From NCBI GenBank assembly GCA_963851265.1, contig CAWKNZ010000007.1, positions 64,001 to 128,000 of the forward strand: a stretch of DNA of 64,000 bases, given 5' to 3'. The notes under the pieces are model-generated. The model was not told the origin of the DNA. It saw nothing but the letters and a program-made list of their open reading frames with translations, and made no database searches. Each line of letters starts with the position of its first letter. The stretch's first letter is position 1. Positions 1 to 8,684 of the stretch are shown one piece after another. Source of the DNA: an uncultured Gemmatimonadales bacterium (GTDB taxonomy: Bacteria; Gemmatimonadota; Gemmatimonadetes; Gemmatimonadales; Gemmatimonadaceae). Position numbers and translations under genes: made by a program.

Positions 1-1
1 C

Positions 2-2101
2 GTGCGTGCGTACGCGGCCGAGTTCGACGTGGCGGAGGACGCGACGGACGCGCTGCGGCTCGCGACGCCCCTGCGGCTCGGCAACTGGGTGGGCGGTGAC
101 CGCGACGGGAACCCGTACGTCACCCCCGAAACGACCGTCGCGGCCGCGCGCCGCGCGAGCCACGTCATCCTCGGCCGTTACGCCGCCGCGCTCGGCGCGC
201 TCGTGGAACGCCTGTCGCTCTCGGCGCACCTCGCGCCGCCCTCGGAGGCGCTCTTCGCGTCGCTGGACGACGACCGCCAGGTGCTGCCCGAGGTGTGGCA
301 GGCCAACGCGCGCCGCAACGCCGACGAGCCCGTGCGGTTGAAGCTGTCGATGATGGCCGCCCGGGTGGAGGCCGCGCGCCGGCTCGTCGCATCGCGCGAC
401 GCGGGGCGCCCGGCGCACGAGCCGGCAGCCTACCGCGCCGCCGCCGAGTTCGAGCGCGACCTGCTGCTCGTGCGCGAGGCGCTCGTGGCGGCCGGCGCGC
501 GCGCGGCCTGCCGCACCGCGCTCGACCCGCTGCTCGCGCTCGTCCGCGCGCACGGGTTGCACGGGTTTCGCCTGGACGTGCGCGACCACGCGGACGCGCA
601 CCGCGCCGCGCTCGACGACGTCGCGGCCCGCCTCGGGCTCCCCCCATTCGACGCCGCCTCGCTGCGCCGCGAACTGTTGGGCCGCCGCCCGCTCGTCGGC
701 CCGGAGTTCTCGTGCGACGAGGCCACGGCGAAGGTGCTCGGCACGGCGCGCGCGGTGCGCACCGTGCAGGACGAGGCGGGCGAGGACGCGGCGAGCACGT
801 ACATCATCTCGATGACCACCGAGCCCGAGGACCTGCTGCGCGTGCTCGTGCTCGCGCGCGAGGCCGGGCTCGTCGACCTCGCCGCCGACCCGCCGCGGTC
901 GCGCCTCGACGTGGTACCGCTGTTCGAGACGTTAGGCGACCTGGAGCGCGCCCCCGAGGTGCTGCGCGCGCTGTTCGCCGACCCGGTGTACGCCCGGCAG
1001 CTCGCCGCGCGCGGTCGGCGGCAGGAGGTGATGATCGGGTACTCGGACTCGGGCAAGGACGCCGGAATGCTCGCGTCGTCGTGGGCGCTGTACGAGGGGC
1101 AGGAGGCGCTCGCCGCCGCGTGCGACGCGGCCGGGGTGACGCTGCAGCTCTTCCACGGGCGGGGCGGCTCGGTGGGGCGCGGCGGCGGATCGCCTGTCTA
1201 CCGCGCCCTCGCCGCGCTCCCGCCACACACGGCCCGCGGCCGCGTCAAGATCACGGAGCAGGGCGAGATCATCTCGCAGCAGTTCGGGCTCGAGCCGGTC
1301 GCGGAGCGCACGCTCGAGGTCACACTCGCGGGCACGCTGCTGCACGAGTTCACCGACTGGCGCGACGGCGTCGCGCCGGCCGACGTCGAACGGTTTCGCG
1401 CGACGATGGCGGAACTCGCCGCGCGTTCGCTCGACGTGTACCGCGAGGTCGTCCACGCGCCCGACCGGCGCGACGCGCTCTTCGGGCTCTTTTTGCGCGC
1501 GACGCCGGTGACCGCGCTCGCCGCCGCGCGCTTCGGCTCGCGTCCGGCCTACCGCCCCGGCGCGACCGCCACGGTCGAGGGCATCCGCGCGATCCCGTGG
1601 CAGTTCGGGTGGACGCAGACGCGCCTGATGCTCCCCGGCTGGCTCGGCGTCGGCACGGCGCTGGCCGCGGTCGGCGCGACCGCCGACGGGCTCGCGACGC
1701 TGCGCGCGATGGCGCGGGCGTGGCCGTTCTTCGACGACCTGCTGGCGAAGATCGAGATGGTCTGCGCCAAGGCCGACCTCGAGATCGCCCGGCTCTACAC
1801 GAACGAGTTGGGCGGGCCGGACGACGCGGCGCTGTTCGACGCGCTCGCGGCCGAGTTCGCGCGCACCGTCGAGTGGGTGCTGCGCGTGCGCGGAACGGAG
1901 AGTCTGTTGGACGACGCACCCGTGCTGCGGGCGGCGATCGCGCTGCGCAACCCCTACGTCGACCCGCTCTCGTTGCTGCAGGTGGCGCTGATGCGCCGGC
2001 AGCGGGCGTTGGGCGACGGCGCGCCCGACCGCGCGCGGGTGGACGAGGCGCTCGCGGTGACGCTCAGCGGCGTCGCGCAGGGGCTGCGCAACACCGGGTG
2101 A
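2..2101 (+). CDS. ppc: Phosphoenolpyruvate carboxylase (5'-truncated by window)
   Basis: Motifs WVGGDRDGNP, VMIGYSDSGKDAG, FHGRGGSVGRGG, RAIPW and C-terminal RNTG. Confidence 0.97.
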   Translation: MRAYAAEFDVAEDATDALRLATPLRLGNWVGGDRDGNPYVTPETTVAAARRASHVILGRYAAALGALVERLSLSAHLAPPSEALFASLDDDRQVLPEVWQANARRNADEPVRLKLSMMAARVEAARRLVASRDAGRPAHEPAAYRAAAEFERDLLLVREALVAAGARAACRTALDPLLALVRAHGLHGFRLDVRDHADAHRAALDDVAARLGLPPFDAASLRRELLGRRPLVGPEFSCDEATAKVLGTARAVRTVQDEAGEDAASTYIISMTTEPEDLLRVLVLAREAGLVDLAADPPRSRLDVVPLFETLGDLERAPEVLRALFADPVYARQLAARGRRQEVMIGYSDSGKDAGMLASSWALYEGQEALAAACDAAGVTLQLFHGRGGSVGRGGGSPVYRALAALPPHTARGRVKITEQGEIISQQFGLEPVAERTLEVTLAGTLLHEFTDWRDGVAPADVERFRATMAELAARSLDVYREVVHAPDRRDALFGLFLRATPVTALAAARFGSRPAYRPGATATVEGIRAIPWQFGWTQTRLMLPGWLGVGTALAAVGATADGLATLRAMARAWPFFDDLLAKIEMVCAKADLEIARLYTNELGGPDDAALFDALAAEFARTVEWVLRVRGTESLLDDAPVLRAAIALRNPYVDPLSLLQVALMRRQRALGDGAPDRARVDEALAVTLSGVAQGLRNTG

Positions 2102-2119
2102 GCGTGCTAGGGTGGGGCC

Positions 2120-2156
2120 GTGTGGCCGGCCGGGGCTGAAGCCGGCCGGCTCACAC
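2120..2156. terminator. GC-rich hairpin between convergent ppc and osmC
   Basis: gtgtg-gccggccgg / ccggccggc-t-cacac stem with 8-nt loop; no clear U-tract. Confidence 0.5.
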
Positions 2157-2179
2157 CTCCTCAGCCCTGCGTGCCGGCG

Positions 2180-2626
2180 TCAGACCGCCGCGCCCTGCTC
2201 CAGCTTCGCGTCGAGCGTGATCGTCGCGTTGAGCACCTTCGACACCGGGCAGTTGGCCTTCGCCTCGTTGGCGAGCTCCTGGAACTTCGCGTCGTCGATG
2301 CCCGGAACGCGCGCCTGGAGGTCGAGGCGGATCGCGGTGATCGCGAAGCCGCCACCCTGCGATTCCAGCGTCAGGTTGGCCGTCGTGCGCAGCTCGTCGG
2401 GCGTGAAGCCCGCGGTCTGCAGCTGAAACGCGAGCGCCATCGAGAAGCAGCCCGCGTGCGCCGCGGCGATGAGCTCTTCGGGGTTGGTCCCGGCGCGCCC
2501 GTCCTCGCTCTCGAAGCGCGTCTTGAACGAGTAGGGCGTGCCGTTCAGCACGCTGCTGGGGGTCGTGAGGTGGCCCGTGCCGTCCCTGCCGGTGCCGTTC
2601 CAAACCGCGTTGGCCGTGCGGAGCAT
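2180..2626 (-). CDS. osmC: OsmC family peroxiredoxin
   Basis: MLRTANAVWNG...GTNPEELIAAAHAGCFSMAL...AKANCPVSK with both catalytic Cys; ATG at 2626. Confidence 0.95.
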   Translation of the reverse strand: MLRTANAVWNGTGRDGTGHLTTPSSVLNGTPYSFKTRFESEDGRAGTNPEELIAAAHAGCFSMALAFQLQTAGFTPDELRTTANLTLESQGGGFAITAIRLDLQARVPGIDDAKFQELANEAKANCPVSKVLNATITLDAKLEQGAAV

Positions 2627-2660
2627 CGTAGCGTTGGTCAGAAGGTGGGATGGGTCGTGC

Positions 2661-4307
2661 TCAGCCGACAGCGCCGCCGGCCTCGGCGTACTGCGTCTCG
2701 GCGTACTGCGTGTGGTGCGTGCCCGACGCGGGCGTGCCCGGCGGGGGCGAGGTCGGCACGCGCGCGCCGAGCCCCTCGGCAACGCGGCGGCCGTACTCGG
2801 CGTCGCCCTGCGCGAAGTACCACAGCATGCGCTGCTGGATGTCCTCGCCGCACTGCGAGAGCGCGCCGACGAGGTTGCTCACGAGCTCGTCGCGCTCCCA
2901 GGCTTCGAACGCGCGCCAGCGCTCGCCGGCCTGCGCGAAGTTGTTCTCGCGCGCGAGGGTCTGCCGGACGACGTGCCCCGACACGAACGGCGTGTGCGGC
3001 TTGCCCGCGGGCTGCGCCGTGACGAGCCCGTGCCGCGCGCTCGGCTCGTAGTTGACGCTCGGGTTCTCGCCGGCCTCGACGCCGTCGACGTGGTAGGTCA
3101 TCTGGCCGTCGCGCTGGTTGGTCGCGACGTGCGTCTTGGGCGCGTTGATCGGCAGCTGCAGGTAGTTGGGCCCCACGCGGTAGCGCTGCGTGTCCGAGTA
3201 CGAGAACGTGCGCCCCTGCAGCAGCTTGTCGTCCGAGAAGTCGAGCCCGTCGACGAGTACTCCCGTGCCGAACGCCACCTGCTCCACCTCGGCGAAGTAG
3301 TTCACCGGGTTTCGGTCGAGCACCATGCGCCCCACCGGGCGGAGCGGGAACTGCTCGGGCGGCCAGATCTTGGTCGGGTCGAGCGGGTCGAAGTCGAGGT
3401 CGGCGTGCTCGTCGTCCGAGATGAGCTGCACCTGCAGCTCCCATTCGGGGAGGTCGCCGCGCGCGATCGCGTCGTACAGGTCGCCGGTCGCGTGGTTGAA
3501 GTCGGCCCCCTGGATGGCGCTGGCCTGCTCCTGCGTCAGGTTGCGCTCGCCGGCCTTCGGGATCCAGTGGTACTTCACGAGCATCGCCTCGCCCTCGGCG
3601 TTCACCCACTTGTAGGCGTGCACGCCCGAGCCGCGCATCTCGCGGTAGTTGGCCGGAATCCCCCACGGGCTGAACAGCCACGTGACCAGGTGCGTGGCCT
3701 CGGGGGTGAGCGAGACGAAGTCGAAGATGCGGCGCGCGTCCTGCCGGTTGGTCACCGGGTCGGGCTTGAACGCGTGCACCACGTCGGGGAACTTCATCGC
3801 GTCGCGGATGAAGAAGACCTGGAGGTTATTACCGACCAGATCCCAATTGCCGTCCTCGGTGTAGAACTTGACCGAGAACCCCCGCGGGTCGCGGAGCGTT
3901 TCGGGGCTGTGGCCGCCGTGGATCACGCTCGAGAAGCGGACGAACACCGGCGTGCGCTTGCCGCGGCCGCTGAAGACCCTGGCCCGCGTGTACTGCTCCA
4001 CGGGTTCGTCGCCGACGGCGCCGTAGGTCTCGAAGTAGCCGTGCGCGCCCGCGCCGCGCGCGTGCACCACGCGCTCCGGGATCCGCTCGCGGTCGAAGTG
4101 CGAGACCTTCTCGAGGAAGTGGTAGTTCTCGAGCACCGTGGGGCCGCGGTCGCCCACCGTGCGGTTGTTCTTGTTGTCGACGACCGGGTGACCCTGGCGC
4201 GTCGTGAGGACGGGCGCCGCGTCGGCGTGCTCCGTCGAACCGTTCGCGGATCCGTTGCCGGATCCGTTGCTCCCGCTGTTCCCGTTGCTGCCGTTGCCGT
4301 TCTGCAC
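2661..4307 (-). CDS. Monofunctional heme catalase
   Basis: [15 protein letters not shown] (distal His), [18 protein letters not shown] (proximal Tyr); GTG start at 4307 preceded by GGAGG. Confidence 0.96.
   Translation of the reverse strand: MQNGNGSNGNSGSNGSGNGSANGSTEHADAAPVLTTRQGHPVVDNKNNRTVGDRGPTVLENYHFLEKVSHFDRERIPERVVHARGAGAHGYFETYGAVGDEPVEQYTRARVFSGRGKRTPVFVRFSSVIHGGHSPETLRDPRGFSVKFYTEDGNWDLVGNNLQVFFIRDAMKFPDVVHAFKPDPVTNRQDARRIFDFVSLTPEATHLVTWLFSPWGIPANYREMRGSGVHAYKWVNAEGEAMLVKYHWIPKAGERNLTQEQASAIQGADFNHATGDLYDAIARGDLPEWELQVQLISDDEHADLDFDPLDPTKIWPPEQFPLRPVGRMVLDRNPVNYFAEVEQVAFGTGVLVDGLDFSDDKLLQGRTFSYSDTQRYRVGPNYLQLPINAPKTHVATNQRDGQMTYHVDGVEAGENPSVNYEPSARHGLVTAQPAGKPHTPFVSGHVVRQTLARENNFAQAGERWRAFEAWERDELVSNLVGALSQCGEDIQQRMLWYFAQGDAEYGRRVAEGLGARVPTSPPPGTPASGTHHTQYAETQYAEAGGAVG
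2682..2711. repeat. 15-bp tandem duplication in catalase C-terminal tail (TQYAE x2)
   Basis: ctcggcgtactgcgt twice, 2682-2696 and 2697-2711. Confidence 0.85.
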
Positions 4308-4394
4308 GAAACCTCCGTCGTTCGAGGTGAAGCGTCGGACGGGGGCGTGAACGCGCGCGCCCCCGGCGTGACGGATCGTAACCCGGCGGCGGCG

Positions 4395-4439
4395 ATAGCG
4401 GAAATCGAATGTGTCGATCGAACGATCGACGTACGCTAT
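4395..4439. promoter_or_regulatory. Putative OxyR binding site in divergent catalase/oxyR promoter
   Basis: ATAG-N7-CGAA-N7-ATCG...CTAT, partial match to the OxyR ATAG-N7-CTAT repeat; located between catalase and oxyR. Confidence 0.55.
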
Positions 4440-4448
4440 CATCCGGAC

Positions 4449-5444
4449 ATGCCGCCCGGAGCCGTGTCCCCGCAGCAGGTCTCGTTCCCCGAGCGCGTCA
4501 CGCTCACGCAACTCGGCTACGCGGTGGCGATCGAGACGCACCGCCATTTCGGCGCGGCGGCGGCCGCCTGCCGTGTGACGCAGCCCACACTCTCGATGCA
4601 GCTGCGCCGCCTCGAGGAGGCTCTCGGCTTCACCCTCTTCGACCGCACGCACACGCCCGTGGTCCCCACCGAGGCCGGCCGGCTCGTGGTCGAGCAGGCG
4701 CGCGTGATCCTGCGCGAGGCCGCACGGCTGGGGGAGATCCGCGACGCGCTCGCCGGCGTGATCGCGGGCGAGTTACGCCTCGGCGTGATTCCGACGCTCG
4801 CGCCGTACGTGCTGCCGCAGCTCGTGACCGCGCTGCGCACGCGGCATCCCGCGCTCGAACTCGTCGTCGAGGAGCGCGTCACCGACGAGATCGTCGCCGG
4901 CGTGCGCAACGGGCGGCTCGATGCGGGCCTCATCGCCTCCGCCGTGCGCGGGGGAGACGTGGTCGAGCGGGTCCTGTTCACCGAGCCGTTCGTCGGCTAC
5001 GTCAACGCAGGCCACCGCCTCGCGGGGCGCGCCGTGCTGGCGCCCGACGACCTGTCGCTCGACGATCTTTGGCTGTTGGCCGAAGGGCACTGCCTGCGCG
5101 TCCAGGCGGTGCAGCTGTGCCGCCGACGGACGCGCGGCGCTCCGGCCGGGGCGCAGACGGCGCCGGCCGCGGCCGCCGTCACCTCCGCGGCGCGCTTCGA
5201 GAGCGGGAACCTCGAGACGCTCACCCGCCTCGTCGAGGGCGGGGAAGGAATGACGCTCCTGCCGGCCCTCGCGGCCGCGGGCCTGCGCACCGCGGCACAG
5301 CGGCGCCTGCTGCGCCCGTTCGCCGATCCCGCGCCCGCACGCGACGTGCGGCTCGTGCAGCCGCGCCGTCAGCGGCGCGCCGCACTCGTCGCGGCCACCG
5401 TCGACGTGCTGCTCGCCGTGGTCCTCCCGCTGCTCGCGCCGTAA
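4449..5444 (+). CDS. oxyR: LysR-family hydrogen peroxide sensor OxyR
   Basis: HTH ([19 protein letters not shown]), GVIPTLAPY, redox motif [13 protein letters not shown] with both Cys; divergent from catalase. Confidence 0.92.
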   Translation: MPPGAVSPQQVSFPERVTLTQLGYAVAIETHRHFGAAAAACRVTQPTLSMQLRRLEEALGFTLFDRTHTPVVPTEAGRLVVEQARVILREAARLGEIRDALAGVIAGELRLGVIPTLAPYVLPQLVTALRTRHPALELVVEERVTDEIVAGVRNGRLDAGLIASAVRGGDVVERVLFTEPFVGYVNAGHRLAGRAVLAPDDLSLDDLWLLAEGHCLRVQAVQLCRRRTRGAPAGAQTAPAAAAVTSAARFESGNLETLTRLVEGGEGMTLLPALAAAGLRTAAQRRLLRPFADPAPARDVRLVQPRRQRRAALVAATVDVLLAVVLPLLAP

Positions 5445-5537
5445 GAATTGGTGTTGCTCTGTCGAAATCGTGACGGGTGGCCCTGACGGGTGGCCCGGCA
5501 GATGCGACGCAGACGGGGCCCATCGGAAGGTGGTCGG

Positions 5538-6331
5538 ATGCGCGCGATGACGACGTCGGCCGTGCGGCTGGCCCGCACGGCGCTCGCGGTCGGCGGGGAG
5601 GCGCTGGCGCGCGACGGCGCGAGCACGAGCCGGCACACGCTAACGCAGGCGCAGCGCTTCGCCCTGCTCGTGCTCAAGCAGTTCCTGCGCACTGACTACC
5701 GCGGCGTCGTGGCGCCCGCCGCCGAGTGGGCGGAACTACGTTGGGCGCTCGGGCTGGCGTAGGTGCCGCCCTACTCCACGCTGTGCTACGCGGCGCGCCG
5801 ACGCGCCGCGCCCATGTTCGCGACCCTTGAGGCCGCCTGCCTTCGCCGCGCCCGGGCTCACCGCGCCCGGCGGGGTCGTCGCGGCGGACGCGACGGGGTT
5901 CGAGCGCCACCACGTGACCGCCCACGTCATCGACGCCGCGGGCTGCTCCTCGGCCGCCGGCGCCGGCACTGGCCCAAGCTGACCGCGGTGGCCGACGTCG
6001 GCCCGCACCTCATCGCCGGCGCCGTGGTCACGTGCGGGCCGAGCCAGGACTCGCCGCAGTTCCCGGCCGCGGTACGCCAGGCCGCGCGCTGCTGACCCCG
6101 GGGACGCTGCTCGGCGACGCCGGATATGACGCGGAGCACAACCGCGGGCTCTCCCGTGCGTTAGGCATCGGGACTTCCGTGATCGCGCTCAACGCCCGGA
6201 ACATGGGCCGGCGCTGGCCCCTCACGCCCGCGCGCGGCGCCCTGCGCCGCCGCTCCCCGCGCGCACTCTACCGCCTGCGGTGGCACGCCGAGAGCGCGGT
6301 CTCCTGCCACCAGCGGCGCCTCGGGTCATAG
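5538..6331 (+). pseudogene. IS5/IS4-type DDE transposase pseudogene
   Basis: Pieces in different frames: LKQFLRTDYRG, in-frame TAG at 5760-5762, VPPYSTL, ADATG (D1), WPKL, GPSQD, LLGDAGYD (D2), YRLRWHAES (E); truncated at 3' end. Confidence 0.8.
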
Positions 6332-6380
6332 CCTCAGCCTGAGTTGCTGACCGGCCCGCTCAGGATTGGCGGCGGCGCGC

Positions 6381-6530
6381 TTATGCCGCGGCGAGTACTC
6401 GACGCCGTAGGAGGGCGAATCTCGCCCGGCCGTAGATGCTCTGCTTCACCAACCTGAGGCGGTGCACGTGGCCCTCGACCTGCCCCTGGCTCCAAGGCAG
6501 GGCGACGCCGGCGTACCCGCCGTAGCGGGC
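6381..6530 (-). pseudogene. ISL3-family transposase C-terminal fragment
   Basis: LPWSQGQVEGHVHRLRLVKQSIYGRARFALLRRRVL resembles the ISL3 C-terminal WSNGxxEGxxxRLKxxKRxxYGRA signature. Confidence 0.8.
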
Positions 6531-6706
6531 GCGCTCCGGTCCGACCAACGGTCCGCCGGTCAGGTCGCGATGGCCAATTACGGCGGAGTCGGCGTGATTC
6601 GGCAACTCGCCGATCTGTGCAATGCCGGAGGGGGCGGCCGCGGCCCCTCGCGGCGCATCATGCTCACTGCCTCGCAGGCAGATGTCACCCGGGCGCGCTT
6701 GCCGCA

Positions 6707-8317
6707 TCAGCGGTGCGGCGCGAATTGAAACGTCTGCTCGACCGTCGAGGCGACGCGACGTCCCCCTCGCTCGGCGGGCAGGTAGCGCAACCGACGGAGC
6801 GATGCCCGAACCGCCTCAGTGAACGCCGCGTGACTCGTTCGGACGAGCTCGAATGTGCTCGGTTCGACCTTCCCGTCGCTGTCGACGACGAAACGTGCGA
6901 CGACCTCGCCATCGATTCTCGCGTCCAGCAGGACAGGCGGATAGCGTGGTTGGTCCGAGCTGGCGAGCGCCGCGGCCGGTGTCGTTTCTGACGTGTCCAC
7001 GAGTCCAGGCGTGTTCACGAACTCCGCCGTCCCTGGGGCCGGTTGGCGCACCAGATGCGGCTGTCGCGTGTCGGCTGGCGTCCCGGTCTTCTGCAGCACG
7101 ACCGAATAGGCCAGTGCGTGAAGCCGTGCCGCCATCGCGGCAATCGGGACGTTGAGGCGGCGCGTCGCGCTGCGGTGTAGTGAGTCGGACGCGCCGTCGG
7201 GGTGACTGGCCGCTCGTGCGACGAGAAGTACGGAGCTTGATGGGGCCGCGTCGCCCAGGGCGGACCGGCTGATCACCACTGCGCCCGCGCCGGTGGATGG
7301 AATTGGCGCCAGCGTCGTTGGTATTACGACCGGGTGCGCCACGGCCCGTGCGCGGACAGAGCCCGGATCGATCGGGGACGCTGGATGTTCGACCGAGGCG
7401 ATCGAGGCGAGGCCGACGTCGCTGCGGCTAGTTGCGTGGTCGGCCGCAGGACGCTGCGCGGCGTACCACCCGATGCCGGTACCGGCGAGCACTGCGATGG
7501 CGGTGACCGCGCCAATGCGGGCGATCCTGCGGGCGGCAATCACCAGTCCGCGGTGCTCGGAGCGCGAGCACACCTTCCATGCGGCATCGAGCGCGACGAC
7601 GAACGCGCGGGCGGACGAGAAACGGGCGCCGGGGTCAGGATCGCAGCCCGTCAGCAGCACGCGTTGCACCGGAAGCCCGAGCCCTCGAAGGAGCTGTGGC
7701 AGGCGCGCAGCGTCCGCATGCCCCACAACGGCGTCGTGCGACCCGCGCACGGTCCGAAGTGCTCCCGTCACGCTCGGCTGACGCGTTCCCCCTGCCAGGA
7801 GAGTCGCGGCGAGCAGCGCGAGTCCATACTGACATCCCGCTGCGCTCCCCGTCGCCCCAGCCAGTTGCGCGTCGGGATCGACGTATGCGGGATCGAGGTG
7901 GGCGGCGGCATCGCGCACGAGCACGAGATGCGGTCCGTCGAGCGCCACGCTTCCGGGCGTGAACGCATCAAGGGGTGTACCCGCTGCCGCCGCGGCGTCG
8001 ACCAAAGCGGCGACGCGCCGCAGCAGCAGCAACGCGAGTTCGGCCGGCCATGGCTCGCCCAGCGCGAGGAGGACGTCGAGCGACACGATCGGTGCCGGCG
8101 TCGACTCGTCCGAGTCGTCGGGAGACGCGACGGCGAGCTGGCGCGACAGGAAGAGCCAGAGCGGCAGCGAGACCGGTTCCGCGACATGCGCCACCTGACC
8201 CGCAGGAGCGAACTTCGAGGACACGGCGCAGCCGGGCACGGTCTCGAGCGCGAGGACGCGCGCGTAGAGTTCCGAGCGGTCGGAGCGGCCGTCGCGTGGC
8301 GCCTGCGAGTCCTTCAT
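6707..8317 (-). CDS. Degenerate Ser/Thr kinase-like domain + TM helix + Pro/Ala-rich linker + TonB C-terminal domain
   Basis: C-term PRYPPVLLDARIDGEVVARFVVDSDGKV...PAERGGRRVASTVEQTFQF (TonB_C); TM IGAVTAIAVLAGTGIGWY; N-part follows kinase subdomain order; ATG at 8317. Confidence 0.75.
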   Translation of the reverse strand: MKDSQAPRDGRSDRSELYARVLALETVPGCAVSSKFAPAGQVAHVAEPVSLPLWLFLSRQLAVASPDDSDESTPAPIVSLDVLLALGEPWPAELALLLLRRVAALVDAAAAAGTPLDAFTPGSVALDGPHLVLVRDAAAHLDPAYVDPDAQLAGATGSAAGCQYGLALLAATLLAGGTRQPSVTGALRTVRGSHDAVVGHADAARLPQLLRGLGLPVQRVLLTGCDPDPGARFSSARAFVVALDAAWKVCSRSEHRGLVIAARRIARIGAVTAIAVLAGTGIGWYAAQRPAADHATSRSDVGLASIASVEHPASPIDPGSVRARAVAHPVVIPTTLAPIPSTGAGAVVISRSALGDAAPSSSVLLVARAASHPDGASDSLHRSATRRLNVPIAAMAARLHALAYSVVLQKTGTPADTRQPHLVRQPAPGTAEFVNTPGLVDTSETTPAAALASSDQPRYPPVLLDARIDGEVVARFVVDSDGKVEPSTFELVRTSHAAFTEAVRASLRRLRYLPAERGGRRVASTVEQTFQFAPHR

Positions 8318-8538
8318 AGGCCCTCGTGATCGTGGGATGCGCGCCAGACGTTGCGGCAAAACGGGCGTTTCCGCAAGGGTGCACACGGGGCCCAACGCGA
8401 TGCAGGCTGCGGCCGACGCGTTGCGCCAACGTGAGCGCCGGTGTAGCCCGCATCGTGTTGTAACGCGGAACCCCCCAGAGTGTAGGCGATTGCCGACATT
8501 CCCGGTCGTCCACACCGCGCCGTGTTACCGCGTGTCGT

Positions 8539-8569
8539 GCCTAACTCCTGTCAACACGGGCGTTTACGC
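8539..8569 (-). promoter_or_regulatory. Recurrent motif copy 1 (CGTAAA-N17-GTTAG on minus strand), candidate ECF promoter or TF site
   Basis: Plus strand GCCTAAC-N18-TTACG; same spacing as copies at 15315, 29218 and 47783. Confidence 0.45.
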
Positions 8570-8684
8570 ACGCGAGGTGGGCGCAACCTCACGAGCACGT
8601 TCGATGCGAAGCGCGCCAGCACCTCTCGCGAGCGGCGGGCGGGCGCGGTCTGGACCGCCTCGCCGACTGTCGCGCGCGTCCCGC

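Noticed and set aside
2538..5444. 968-aa plus-strand ORF that looks like a giant OxyR fusion
   Set aside because: The first ~637 codons are mostly the stop-free antisense frame of the catalase; the real oxyR starts near 4449
5453..5467. Possible left terminal inverted repeat of the IS5-type element (TTGCTCTGTCGAAA)
   Set aside because: No matching right-end repeat or target duplication is visible, so it cannot be supported
8390..8464. Hairpin starting GCCCAAC as an integron attC site; GCCTAAC motifs as attC cores
   Set aside because: The right end GTTGTAA does not fit GTTRRRY, the R-L spacer is fully paired, and there is no integrase or cassette array
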